From: an uncultured Phycisphaerales bacterium
GTDB taxonomy: Bacteria; Planctomycetota; Phycisphaerae; Sedimentisphaerales; Anaerobacaceae
Reading direction: 5' to 3'
DNA length: 64,000 nt
NCBI GenBank assembly: GCA_963772725.1
Contig: CAVYYI010000001.1
Span: forward strand, 608,001-672,000
In this document: piece by piece, positions 32,958 to 42,307 of the stretch
Position numbering within the stretch: the first letter of the stretch is position 1
How the letters are laid out: each line of letters begins with the position of its first letter
The notes under the pieces: generated by a model
The model's input: the letters and a program-made list of their open reading frames with translations, nothing else
Told to the model about the DNA's origin: nothing
Databases searched by the model: none
Made by a program: the position numbers and the translations under genes

Positions 32958-33431
32958 ATGAAAAAAGCACAATATGGCGAGGACGCAATGATTGATGCTG
33001 TTGCAAGCATGATGAAGTGGGACGAGATAGCATCTGAAGACCAAAGAATCGAGAAACTTTTTAGAGGCGAAATCGTCACTATCGACCTAAAGCAAACCAT
33101 AGCAAAAGAATTAATTTCTGAAATGGTGTTTCAGCTTGATGAGAAAATGTTTCGTCAATTTTTTAAGCGAATTGAAGAAAGATTCTTACAAGACTTGGTT
33201 GGAATTGTAGTCTTATTACATGCAATTCAGAAACGAGTAAACCGCTATCCCACAGGAAGAATTAACATTGATGATATACTTGAAGTGGTTCAAGACAACT
33301 TTGGTCTTGACCGTGATGACGGTATTTTTTATGCTGTGTTTGAAGGTACGCGGAAAATGAAAGGGTACAAACGACTTGAAGCCTCAGTATTTGCAAATGC
33401 GTTTTTTCAACAAGGTCCAACACCTCTGTAG
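32958..33431 (+). CDS. Hypothetical protein
   Basis: AAGGAG RBS, 157-aa ORF. Confidence 0.6.
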   Translation: MKKAQYGEDAMIDAVASMMKWDEIASEDQRIEKLFRGEIVTIDLKQTIAKELISEMVFQLDEKMFRQFFKRIEERFLQDLVGIVVLLHAIQKRVNRYPTGRINIDDILEVVQDNFGLDRDDGIFYAVFEGTRKMKGYKRLEASVFANAFFQQGPTPL

Positions 33432-33539
33432 CCCTTACAAGTAAGTTGGTGAGAGCTTTTTTCGCTTAAAACGTTCAAAGCAACCGTTTTTGTTGTTGTG
33501 TAAAGCAGAGCAGGCAAGCCGTTTAGCAAACTCTGGCTG

Positions 33540-33692
33540 AGTCTGGTCGCGTCTGAGTAGCCATTTTCTGGCCAGTAACCAGTCCTACAAAACCTACTAC
33601 GGGTTCATATGCTCGCCGTAGAGAGTCAAACTCCCTCAGACTGATGGCAGGGGGGCAGTGCCGTTCAGGTGGTACAGCACTAACCCCAAACC
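33540..33692 (-). ncRNA. Candidate structured ncRNA, copy A
   Basis: Homologous to 36060-36212; minus-strand TTGCTT-17-TAATAT promoter at 33772-33744; no ORF of 60 aa or more. Confidence 0.45.
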
Positions 33693-33965
33693 GCTTGGTG
33701 GTAATTACTCCGCCGTCCCGATTTAATTCTTAATATTACTGCCATATTAGCGGAAAATGGCTTAAAAAGCAACTTTTACGGCTATTTTTTATTTGCTTTA
33801 CAGTAAAAAATGGGTATAATTGATATCACTTTATCAGACAGGTTAAAAGTTAAGAGGTGCAAAGAGTATGGAGACAGAGGTCAATCCCGTAAAGCGGTTT
33901 ATATCGTATTTCGCAATTTCTGCGCAAAAGTTGCGATTAAAATATTAACAATTTTGAGGAGATAG

Positions 33966-34784
33966 ATGAGAAACATAAATGTGACTATTTTGGTAACGAT
34001 GTTGCTTTGTTGTGTTGTTGCGGCTGGGGAGCCTGTGATTTTTGATGACGGAGAAACGCACGATATTACCACTGATATTTATAATGGTGTAGATGTGTGG
34101 AACGACGACCTTACCGGTCTCCCCACGACGATTAATGTGCTGGGTGGCGGGTATTTGGAGAGTTATTTGCTTGCCCACGAAGACAGTATCATAAATTTTG
34201 GCGGGAATATGCGTGGGAGTTTGTATGCCATTGACAACAGTATCGTAACTGTTTCCGGCGGAGAGATAGGAACCCATTTATGTGCTCAAGATAACAGTAT
34301 TGTAACTTTATCTGGCGGAAGGATAAGTAACTGCTTGATTGCCGAAGACAGCGCCGTGGTAACTGTTTCGGGTGGAGAGATAGGGGGCAATTTGGAAACT
34401 TCGGGTATGGGTGAAGGCACCATAACTGTCTCTGGTGGGACGATATTAACCTATTTAATTGTGGGCGGTAGTAGCCGTGTTACAGTCTCCGGCGGGTCGA
34501 TAGGTCTGGGGATATATGCAGGATATTACCTTACCAGTTTTCCCAACCAGGCCGAAATAATTTTTGAGGGAAGCAACTTTACTATCGATGGTGAGGCATT
34601 TGGTTATGGGAGAGTTGGAAAAAGTCAGGGTTGGTTGACCGGAACATTGGCCAACGGAGGCACACTGGATAATGCTTTCTACATTGGCTCTAATTCGAGC
34701 ATTATTTTTGCTGAACCTGTTCCCGAACCCGCTACGCTTTTGCTGCTCGGCTTGGGCGGATTGCTTTTAAGAAGAAAAAGCTAA
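33966..34784 (+). CDS. PEP-CTERM sorting domain protein with ~19-aa SxVTVSGGxI beta-solenoid repeats
   Basis: Signal peptide, tandem repeats, C-terminal VPEPATLLLLGLGGLLLRRKS. Confidence 0.9.
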   Translation: MRNINVTILVTMLLCCVVAAGEPVIFDDGETHDITTDIYNGVDVWNDDLTGLPTTINVLGGGYLESYLLAHEDSIINFGGNMRGSLYAIDNSIVTVSGGEIGTHLCAQDNSIVTLSGGRISNCLIAEDSAVVTVSGGEIGGNLETSGMGEGTITVSGGTILTYLIVGGSSRVTVSGGSIGLGIYAGYYLTSFPNQAEIIFEGSNFTIDGEAFGYGRVGKSQGWLTGTLANGGTLDNAFYIGSNSSIIFAEPVPEPATLLLLGLGGLLLRRKS

Positions 34785-34803
34785 TATTTTTTTGGCAGAG
34801 AAA

Positions 34804-35949
34804 ATGAAAGACGAAATTTGTCAAAATTGTGGACACACAATTGGCAAACTTGAACAAGCCTACGTCTATGATAATAAAATTGTATGTAGGCAATGCTTTT
34901 CTGTACTTACTCCCGCGAACACTAATAAAATCCATATATCCTTGGATGCTTCTCCAGCAACCAAGTTTGGATACAACCTTGAAAATAGTGAGGTACAAAA
35001 ATTATATTTAAGTGCAACTCTGAAAAAGAAATCAGGAAACATCTTGGGAGCTATAAATGATTTGGAAAAAGCAGAAATTCTGCAAGGAAAGGCCTCTCTT
35101 AAACTTGCTTCTTATTTGCAGATAGCAGGCAGAGGAAATGATGCATGGAAAAAGTACAATCAAATTTTGCAAGAAACTATGCGCATGGTAGACGACAATG
35201 AGCAACTGACATACCTCTCCGCGATTTATGATAAAATGATGCTGTTTTTGGAAAAAGAAGGGAAATTTCAACAAGCAGTTATATCAGGAATATTTGCACA
35301 TATTATGTTGTCATTGAGTTTATACAGACATAAACAATATGAGGCATTTAGAGAATACATTAGTGATAGTTCCCTCCATTTTCTGGTAGATTATCTGCTG
35401 ATAAATTCAAAATATGAAAAATACGGAGAAGAAATCATATCTGTTATTAAAGAATCTTTGAAATGCCTACCTAAAATAAATCTACATAACTTGGGTGAAA
35501 AAATTAACAAATTATTAAACCAATGCGATTCTGTACATATCTCTAAAGCGGTTCTCTCGGCTTGTCCATATTGTAAATATGTTTTTGAACAAAAGCCCAG
35601 ACGAAATAGAAAATGCCCATCCTGTCAGAAAAGAATAGTTCTTAGACGCGGTAAGTTGCTAACAGAAGTTCAAGCAACGGATTACGATAGAAAGAAGTAT
35701 GCGAAAATAGGCCGGCAAATTACTGCTTCGCAAAAACAAAGTTTAATTGAATACAAAAAATCTGGTGTTGTAAAGTATGTCGAAATATTGTCTGCGGGTG
35801 AAAGTTCTTGTGATGCTTGTTTAGCATTAGATAACAAAAAGCTACTTGTTGAGGATGAGCTTAGAAACCCAACACTTCCAGTTAAAAACTGCACTGGTGG
35901 TTACGGCTATTGTCGCTGTACTTATATTCCTGTTATAGAGGACGGTTGA
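34804..35949 (+). CDS. Multi-domain protein: Zn finger, TPR-like helices, Zn ribbon, Mu gpF-like C-terminal Cys motif
   Basis: CQNC..CRQC; helical middle; CPYC..CPSC; CDAC...LP..C..CRC. Confidence 0.55.
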   Translation: MKDEICQNCGHTIGKLEQAYVYDNKIVCRQCFSVLTPANTNKIHISLDASPATKFGYNLENSEVQKLYLSATLKKKSGNILGAINDLEKAEILQGKASLKLASYLQIAGRGNDAWKKYNQILQETMRMVDDNEQLTYLSAIYDKMMLFLEKEGKFQQAVISGIFAHIMLSLSLYRHKQYEAFREYISDSSLHFLVDYLLINSKYEKYGEEIISVIKESLKCLPKINLHNLGEKINKLLNQCDSVHISKAVLSACPYCKYVFEQKPRRNRKCPSCQKRIVLRRGKLLTEVQATDYDRKKYAKIGRQITASQKQSLIEYKKSGVVKYVEILSAGESSCDACLALDNKKLLVEDELRNPTLPVKNCTGGYGYCRCTYIPVIEDG

Positions 35950-36059
35950 ACCCGCAACGCTTTTGCTTTTTGGCCTTGGTGCGGTGATGTTGAGAAAGGA
36001 AAACGGTGTACTCAACCGGCTAAATTATCGCATTATGCACTGATTTTGCACAATTCAAC

Positions 36060-36212
36060 AAACCGGTTGCGTAGAGGAACCCTTTCTCTGACTGGAAAAC
36101 CAGCCTAACCGGACTGCCAGCGTTTGATTTTAGGGCTACCACGTTCGATTGTAGCTCCGAACTCCCCCGGACTGAGACCACGGGGGGGGGGACTGAAGCA
36201 GAAAGCCGGTTT
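36060..36212 (-). ncRNA. Candidate structured ncRNA, copy B
   Basis: Shares ordered blocks and hairpins with 33540-33692. Confidence 0.45.
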
Positions 36213-36345
36213 TTTCTGGAGTGAAGAAGCCCACATACACACATATGGCGGACTTGTCTGGAGCGGAAGTTAAGCAGAGCAGGTGTGCAGGGAAGGTGCG
36301 ACGCCGAAACCCACACACCGGTTGCTCTGCGAAATTAGCTACTTT

Positions 36346-36515
36346 CGGTCAATTTTTTTCTCTCTGTGCCTTTTTGACCGTTTTCTAAAAAAAGGGTCAA
36401 AAATATATATACTAAGGAGTTGGCCAAAAGCTGCTTTTTTCATTCAAAAACAAAGCATTTTAAGCATTTTCGGTCAAATTTAATTTTCGTTTTTTTACCC
36501 ATTTTAATTTGACCG
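36346..36515. repeat. Iteron-like GGTCAA repeats in an AT-rich tract (candidate ori)
   Basis: CGGTCAA/TTGACCG-type copies at 36346, 36374, 36394, 36421 (1 mismatch), 36471, 36509 in both orientations. Confidence 0.5.
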
Positions 36516-38024
36516 ATTTTGCGGCAATCGCCAGCAATATTTCTCTGCGTGCTTGCCTGTTTTCGGCCATACCCGTCTTAGCTTCAGTTCGCTTACTGCT
36601 CGACGTAGTGTTCTTTCGTCTATTTTTTCTATGGCAGCAGTGTCTATCACAATTTTTCTCGGTACAGCTCCGTCTGCCAGAATCTTCTTCAAAAATTCTT
36701 CTGCTCTTTCCCTCTCTCTTGCCGGTCGGCCACGTCCCTTTTGCTCTGCGAAAATATCCTGAGCTGATTCTTGTACCAGTGTTGTTTCGTATATTAGTTT
36801 AATACTATTTTCATCTGTGGGGTCAACTTGTTTAACTCTGAAAGCCAGTCCTGTTGTCGGTGGACCATAACTCTTTTTTGCACTGACCATCAATTTGCGT
36901 GTTTCATCTTCTTTGTCTGAACCGAACAACCAGACTTGACGTGCGAAATCACCGAAAGCTGTACTGCCAGAAATTCTGTGTAGAGAATCTTGTTTAGAAT
37001 TCTTGTTCGCATGGTGAATTAATAGTATTGCTATCTCGTATTTTTCTGCCAGAGCCTTTAGAGGTCCCAATGTTGCTCGAACTTCTGACATTTTGTATGT
37101 GTCTGCTTTACCGAAGTATGCACTGATAGGGTCGATAATTATTAATTTCAGGTCGGGTATGTTTTTAATTTGGTTTTCAATTGAAGGCAAATCTTTAGTT
37201 ATGTCCAGCCAGTCTAAGTACGCTGAGTCTCTTTTTATACCTTGGAAGATGTAAAGTTTAGCTGGGTCTCCATTCATGGCTTTGTACCGCCACAAAATCA
37301 CTTCACGAACAGCGTCCTCTTGAGCTATCAGAAGGATTGAACCTTTAGGTGCGTTTAACATAGAATTCGGCCAGCCTGCTCCGGTCGAAATTCTGGCAGC
37401 AACATCTAAGGCTTGTGTTGATTTACATTCTCCAGGCATTCCAAAGTATACAGTAGTGCTACCACAGACTATTCGTCCAGGCCAGAGATACTTCATGTGT
37501 TCTGGTTTGATTTCAGAAGCAGGAACTATGACCGCTTCAGACACAGAAGTTTCAGTATATGTGCTGTTTGGATATTTCTCATTCAATTCTCTCATATAAT
37601 CTTCTACTGTTTCGACTTCTTCAGATTCTTCTTCTTGAATTATTTCATCGAGTTCATCATCTGCTTCTTGAATTCCTTTTCGAATGTTCTTTTCGAGTTG
37701 TTCTTGATGTCTGGGGTTGTCCCAGTATTCTCCCATTGACCTATAGTACCTCCAACGTCTTTGCAAATTTTTTAGTTTTGAGAATTTAGGGTTGTGCCAG
37801 AATTCTTCCGTTATTTCAATGGGTGAATTGTCTCTCATTTCCAAAAACATGTTTTGTAATTCTAATGTCTGTCGGTCTTCTATCGATAGTGGTTCAATCT
37901 TCATTTTGTTCTCCAGTAAAAAAAGAAGCAGCTTTGACAGGTACGACCGGTAAGAAGAACCCATCTCCACTGCTTCTGTTTTGTCTTTAATTTTTTGATT
38001 ACCAGTCGTTTCATTCAACACCAA
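36504..38024 (-). CDS. AAA_25/RepA-like SF4 helicase; start uncertain
   Basis: YLWPGRI, Walker A variant GMPGECKST, LIAQED, LIIIDP, LIHHANK, ISGSTAF. Confidence 0.8.
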   Translation of the reverse strand: MVLNETTGNQKIKDKTEAVEMGSSYRSYLSKLLLFLLENKMKIEPLSIEDRQTLELQNMFLEMRDNSPIEITEEFWHNPKFSKLKNLQRRWRYYRSMGEYWDNPRHQEQLEKNIRKGIQEADDELDEIIQEEESEEVETVEDYMRELNEKYPNSTYTETSVSEAVIVPASEIKPEHMKYLWPGRIVCGSTTVYFGMPGECKSTQALDVAARISTGAGWPNSMLNAPKGSILLIAQEDAVREVILWRYKAMNGDPAKLYIFQGIKRDSAYLDWLDITKDLPSIENQIKNIPDLKLIIIDPISAYFGKADTYKMSEVRATLGPLKALAEKYEIAILLIHHANKNSKQDSLHRISGSTAFGDFARQVWLFGSDKEDETRKLMVSAKKSYGPPTTGLAFRVKQVDPTDENSIKLIYETTLVQESAQDIFAEQKGRGRPARERERAEEFLKKILADGAVPRKIVIDTAAIEKIDERTLRRAVSELKLRRVWPKTGKHAEKYCWRLPQNRSN

Positions 38025-38470
38025 TAAAAAAAGGTTGCACTTCGATTTCTAACGTCGAATTACAACCTTGATTCACTGCTTACAAGCGTTGTTTATTGAC
38101 CTGTATCTGATTTGATTGCCACAGCATACAGTTTGGCAGCTAAAACTATTATAACCGAAAGCCACTGAAAATGCTCGAAAAAAAAGGCAAAAATTAGAAA
38201 ATTCCCACAAATTTTGTATCCTTAGAAACTATAAGGCCTTACAAGCGAAAACGTTGATTTTTAGATGCCAAAACAGGTTTCTGAGGCAAAAATGTTTTGC
38301 AATTTCCTGCTAAATATGTTAAAATAAACTCCAGAAAGGCGACTTAGACGCAACCTGATTTTGCAGCAAGATGTTAACTGACGTAGTGGTAACAAGTTAA
38401 AATTTTTTTAGTTCGGTTGAGGCAACCGTTGTTACGATGAAATGTGTAAAAGTTATAAAGGTCAAGCAAT

Positions 38471-38866
38471 ATGAAGCAACTACGGTTCTATCTGGACGCT
38501 GAACTGCTCGAACTTGTTCAGCGATTGCAGGATTTTTATCAGATTAAAATTCGAGGCAGTCTACTTCAATATGTATTGATTTTACAAGCTCTGGACATTG
38601 CCAACCTGCCGAAAAATAAAAACTGGTCTGCAATGCAACGCCGGTGCTGGTTACTCTGCCAGAAAATAAAAAATGATATGGGTTCGGTCATTGCCCGACA
38701 AGCAGCCAAAGATGTTCTGACCAAACATCCTGCGACCGCTGAGATGTCAGTTCACGAACTTTGCCAGTTAACAAAAGAGAAACTGGTTGAACTTGCCGAA
38801 GGAAAAGGTATCAGCACGACAGGTCTGCAAAAATCCGGTATCATTCGGAGGCTCAAAAATGAATGA
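38471..38866 (+). CDS. Hypothetical protein, C-terminal HeH/Rho-N-like motif
   Basis: LTKEKLVELAEGKGISTTGLQKSGIIRRL. Confidence 0.5.
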   Translation: MKQLRFYLDAELLELVQRLQDFYQIKIRGSLLQYVLILQALDIANLPKNKNWSAMQRRCWLLCQKIKNDMGSVIARQAAKDVLTKHPATAEMSVHELCQLTKEKLVELAEGKGISTTGLQKSGIIRRLKNE

Positions 38867-39086
38867 AAAAGAATATAAAGAACTTCTGGCCAGCACAGAT
38901 TTAAATCGGCTGGCAGCTACGGTAGGGCGTCTTGCTCAATTCCAGAAAAGTGAAGCATTGCAAGATGCTTTGCTGCGCAGGTTCGTTGAGGTTTTTGACG
39001 AACGGTTGACTGAAGTTGAAAAATTTACTGGAATTAAAAAACCTGACGACACCTGCAATAAAAAATGGCCAAGTTTAGGAGAATAA
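38859..39086 (+). CDS. Small hypothetical protein ending KKWPSLGE
   Basis: GGAGG RBS, start overlaps the upstream stop. Confidence 0.55.
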   Translation: MNEKEYKELLASTDLNRLAATVGRLAQFQKSEALQDALLRRFVEVFDERLTEVEKFTGIKKPDDTCNKKWPSLGE

Positions 39087-39090
39087 AAAA

Positions 39091-39513
39091 ATGTCAAGAG
39101 AACTCAAAGACATAGAACTTAAAGAAATTAGTCTGGTTGACAAACCAGCGAACAAAAAAAGATTCCTATTTTTCAAATCAGGAGAAAATAAAATGTATAA
39201 TGAAAATGATACTTTGGATTTGCTCGATGCGATAGAGTGTGTCGAAAAAAGCTTTGAATTTTCAAAAGATGAAAATGAGAGGCTCGAAACTGCTGTCAAA
39301 GCACTAAACAAACTCAATAGTGATGAAGTGGACGCAATAAGTGGTGTCCTCTTGCTACTCAGCAAATTTGAGACGAAAGTTGAAAAAAGCATAAGCACAC
39401 TTTGGCCGTCTCTCACTAACGAACTGTTACCAATTGCGAAAGCAAGGGCAGGTATTGGCGTTCGTGCAGAAGACAACGGCAGCAAGTGGCCAAGTCTCAG
39501 TTTAATAGAATAA
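39091..39513 (+). CDS. Prohead protease/scaffold-like fragment
   Basis: N-terminal LKDIELKEISLVDKPAN motif typical of phage head-maturation proteins; two WPSL motifs. Confidence 0.55.
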   Translation: MSRELKDIELKEISLVDKPANKKRFLFFKSGENKMYNENDTLDLLDAIECVEKSFEFSKDENERLETAVKALNKLNSDEVDAISGVLLLLSKFETKVEKSISTLWPSLTNELLPIAKARAGIGVRAEDNGSKWPSLSLIE

Positions 39514-39523
39514 GGAAAATAAA

Positions 39524-39757
39524 ATGGTAACACAAGGAAACATAAGTGAAGTAACGGTAACTTTTACAACCGGGACAACAGTTTCTTACGCCAGTCGATG
39601 TCCCGATGGTTCTGTCCTCAGAGAGTTCTTGAGAAATCTGGCAGCAGAACTGATTACAGGTGTTGGTACTGGTAAAACTTTTCGATTTACGGACAGCACA
39701 GGAACCATAAATTTCGATAGACGAACAGTGTCCAGTTTTGCTGTTACTTTCAGCTAA
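39524..39757 (+). CDS. Small hypothetical protein
   Basis: AAGGA RBS, operonic. Confidence 0.55.
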   Translation: MVTQGNISEVTVTFTTGTTVSYASRCPDGSVLREFLRNLAAELITGVGTGKTFRFTDSTGTINFDRRTVSSFAVTFS

Positions 39758-39781
39758 CAAAGTTATTAAAGGATATTAACG

Positions 39782-40294
39782 ATGTCAACATTAGAGCAAA
39801 AACTCGAACAGTACAGGTCTACACTCTCCCAGAGCGAAGCTAAGCTCGAACAGTTACGACAGCAGCAAGCTAAAGCAGTCATTGCCGGTAAATCTACCGC
39901 TGCCCTCGACGATGAGATTGCTTCTTTGAGAAACGAAATGGACGCTGCGCCAGCGGTTATTGCTGAGCTTGAAAGCCAGCTTGTTGTTGCTCAGAAAAAG
40001 GCTCAGCAAGCCGAAAGCAACAAACTTCTAACTGCCCAGAAAAAAGCTGCTGCTGAAATCGAATCTCTGAGTAAAGAACTTATTGAAGCACTGGAGCAGG
40101 CAATGGAAATCAACAGTAAACTGCGGGAATCTTACAGGACATACTGTGAGCTACAAACCCAGACTGGCGAATCTGTTGTCAGTCAGAACATTACGCAAGG
40201 TTCGGCAGGTATGCTAAAATACATTTTTGAGATTTGTTCGCAAGAGGTGCAAGGCAAACCGGTAATGAGACAGCTGGTAGCTGTGCCAATATGA
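39782..40294 (+). CDS. Coiled-coil hypothetical protein
   Basis: Ala/Gln/Glu-rich heptads, RBS. Confidence 0.6.
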   Translation: MSTLEQKLEQYRSTLSQSEAKLEQLRQQQAKAVIAGKSTAALDDEIASLRNEMDAAPAVIAELESQLVVAQKKAQQAESNKLLTAQKKAAAEIESLSKELIEALEQAMEINSKLRESYRTYCELQTQTGESVVSQNITQGSAGMLKYIFEICSQEVQGKPVMRQLVAVPI

Positions 40295-40608
40295 GTAAAA
40301 AAATATTACGCGATAGTAGAGGGCTTTTTGTAAAAGGCACTGCCGGAGCAAGTCCCGGACGGCCTAAAGGCACTTCGTTTATGGACGAATTTTTGCAGGC
40401 AAAAGCAACTGTTGAGAAACGAAAACGAAAGTCTCTGTTAGTTCACTTTTGCGAACGTGCATATGAGGATGACAGAGTCCTGATTGCTTGCGTTGACAGA
40501 ATTTTACCTGCTCTGAAAAGTGTCGAATTTATTGGCAGTGTTGACACTTCAATGACCGATGAGCTTGCTGCTTCTATCCAGAAAAAATTAGCCGAGCGAT
40601 ATAGTTAG
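40291..40608 (+). CDS. Terminase small-subunit-like (DUF5681-type) protein
   Basis: RDSRGLFVKG....PGRPKG N-terminal motif; ATGA overlap with the upstream gene. Confidence 0.55.
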   Translation: MSKKILRDSRGLFVKGTAGASPGRPKGTSFMDEFLQAKATVEKRKRKSLLVHFCERAYEDDRVLIACVDRILPALKSVEFIGSVDTSMTDELAASIQKKLAERYS

Positions 40609-40655
40609 GAACCTCCTTTGCGAAAGATAGAAAGTTTCGCAACAACCCCTTGTTG

Positions 40656-41459
40656 TCATTCATCAGCAGGGGGTTTCTTTAATAAATCAGAAAGCATAGC
40701 AATATATCGCCAAGCGTTTTTTGGGTTAATACGTTCCAATTGATTCATCCAAAGGGCAAGCTGTGTATCTTCTGAAAGTTTGCACAGACGTGTAGCTGCG
40801 CTTTCATGGTCTCTAAGGTGGTAATTGACTACTCTTGCATTGAATTGCATAGCTGGTAAGAATCGCGACCAAGGTGAAGCTCCCCTCATTGCTGCTTTTA
40901 AGACAGGATGTCGCCACACCGCTTGCGGAATTAAAACGACCGCTGGTTGAAGTAAAGCCAACTCACCGACAACGAACGGTAGAGAAGCTGTCAGCTTCTT
41001 AATGTCCCGTAGGTAATCTTTGTTACCATGGGATTTGATGCTGAACTTACACCAGTTGGTTACGGCGATTGTCTCCAGAAACGAATGTGGGTTTGCTCTC
41101 TGTTGGAGACCTACTTTTGAAGTTATGAAAAGTCCGGCAGCTAAAAGTCCACCGTCTGTTACCGGCTGAATACCAACGTTTGGAAAGAAGGGGGTTTTGC
41201 CCTTTTCTTCGTAGCAAGCACGATAGCGGTTCCAAACAGCTTCCGTTTGAAAACGCTTTAGGTCTAATTCTTGTTCAGGTTTGAGATGTTTATTGTTGAG
41301 CCAACTGAGGTTTTCTGCGCTGGCGTAAATCAACAGTCCTTTACCAGGTTTGTAGTTTTTCCCGACCAGAGGTATAGAGGGTTTGAATTGCCAAGCCCAA
41401 GTGGGTGTGCCGGTGAAAGTGTCAGTGTCTTTAAATCTTTGAATAAGTAATTCTTGCAT
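40656..41459 (-). CDS. Hypothetical protein, possible uracil-DNA-glycosylase-like fold
   Basis: IPLVGKNY, LLIYASAEN, IAVTNWCK, ELALLQPAVVLI pattern. Confidence 0.4.
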   Translation of the reverse strand: MQELLIQRFKDTDTFTGTPTWAWQFKPSIPLVGKNYKPGKGLLIYASAENLSWLNNKHLKPEQELDLKRFQTEAVWNRYRACYEEKGKTPFFPNVGIQPVTDGGLLAAGLFITSKVGLQQRANPHSFLETIAVTNWCKFSIKSHGNKDYLRDIKKLTASLPFVVGELALLQPAVVLIPQAVWRHPVLKAAMRGASPWSRFLPAMQFNARVVNYHLRDHESAATRLCKLSEDTQLALWMNQLERINPKNAWRYIAMLSDLLKKPPADE

Positions 41460-41842
41460 TTTGTCCCGAAAATATAAGGAGCGTCAAACCAAGGCTGCTT
41501 CCAGAACCCCCGCCAAGGGGTACGACAGAACAGCACAAAGCCGACGCTCCCGTTTCGGGAACGTGGTTCAAGCACTGCATCTGTCGTTAAGAGACCCAAA
41601 GGCTCAATTTGGCGGTTTTCTGGGAAACAGATACTTGATGCTCACGCATCACTCAAATTGTCAATTATTCTTACAGATTTTTCCTTTCAAATTTTTCATA
41701 CAACAATAAAAAGAGTTTACCAACTCTTGATTTTGATGACAAGTTTAATCCATAGTTGCTGTACCAGAAAAAAATTTTCTCTCGTAAGCAATAGTAAGTA
41801 ATGTTGTTACGATTTTGTGATAAAAATACTCCTAAAATTATT

Positions 41843-41870
41843 TTGCATTATCGTAACAATATGTTATAAT
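41843..41870 (+). promoter_or_regulatory. Strong sigma70-type promoter
   Basis: TTGCAT-16-TATAAT with extended TG. Confidence 0.55.
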
Positions 41871-41921
41871 GAAGATATGGAAAATCGAGTATATTAACTT
41901 TTTTCGCAAAGGAGAATTAAA

Positions 41922-42197
41922 ATGGCAAAAGTAAAAGGTAAAACGACTGGTGTTGGGGTCTGTCAAACGTGGCTGGTAGCTTTCGGCAAAAAGGAGTTAA
42001 AAACTGCTGAGCAAGTGAGTAAATTTATGCACAGCGAATTCGCTGCCAGAGACAGTAAGATTTTCGACCATCCAAACGTGGTAATTTCCAGAGCAAACTA
42101 TGGACTGCTGGACGGCAAGAAACACGACTTCAAAAAATATCCTACTGGTTCAGACAAGCCAAAGAAACAGCTTGACGAAAAGAAAAAACAAAGCTAA
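41922..42197 (+). CDS. Small basic hypothetical protein
   Basis: AAGGAG RBS, promoter upstream. Confidence 0.6.
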   Translation: MAKVKGKTTGVGVCQTWLVAFGKKELKTAEQVSKFMHSEFAARDSKIFDHPNVVISRANYGLLDGKKHDFKKYPTGSDKPKKQLDEKKKQS

Positions 42198-42307
42198 ACT
42201 TTTAGTGTATTCAATGGGAATACAGGATATTGACAGGTGCTATATGAAGTCGGTATGGTGTTGAAGCATGAGCATAAGGAAATTTCAATAAAAGAAAGGA
42301 ACCTAAA

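Noticed and set aside
33540..36212. Assignment of the twin motif to hammerhead, HDV-like, HEARO/omega RNA or RNase P
   Set aside because: Only short resemblances (CTGA, ACCAGACTCAG, AGTCCGG). The full conserved cores are missing and no IscB/TnpB gene is adjacent.
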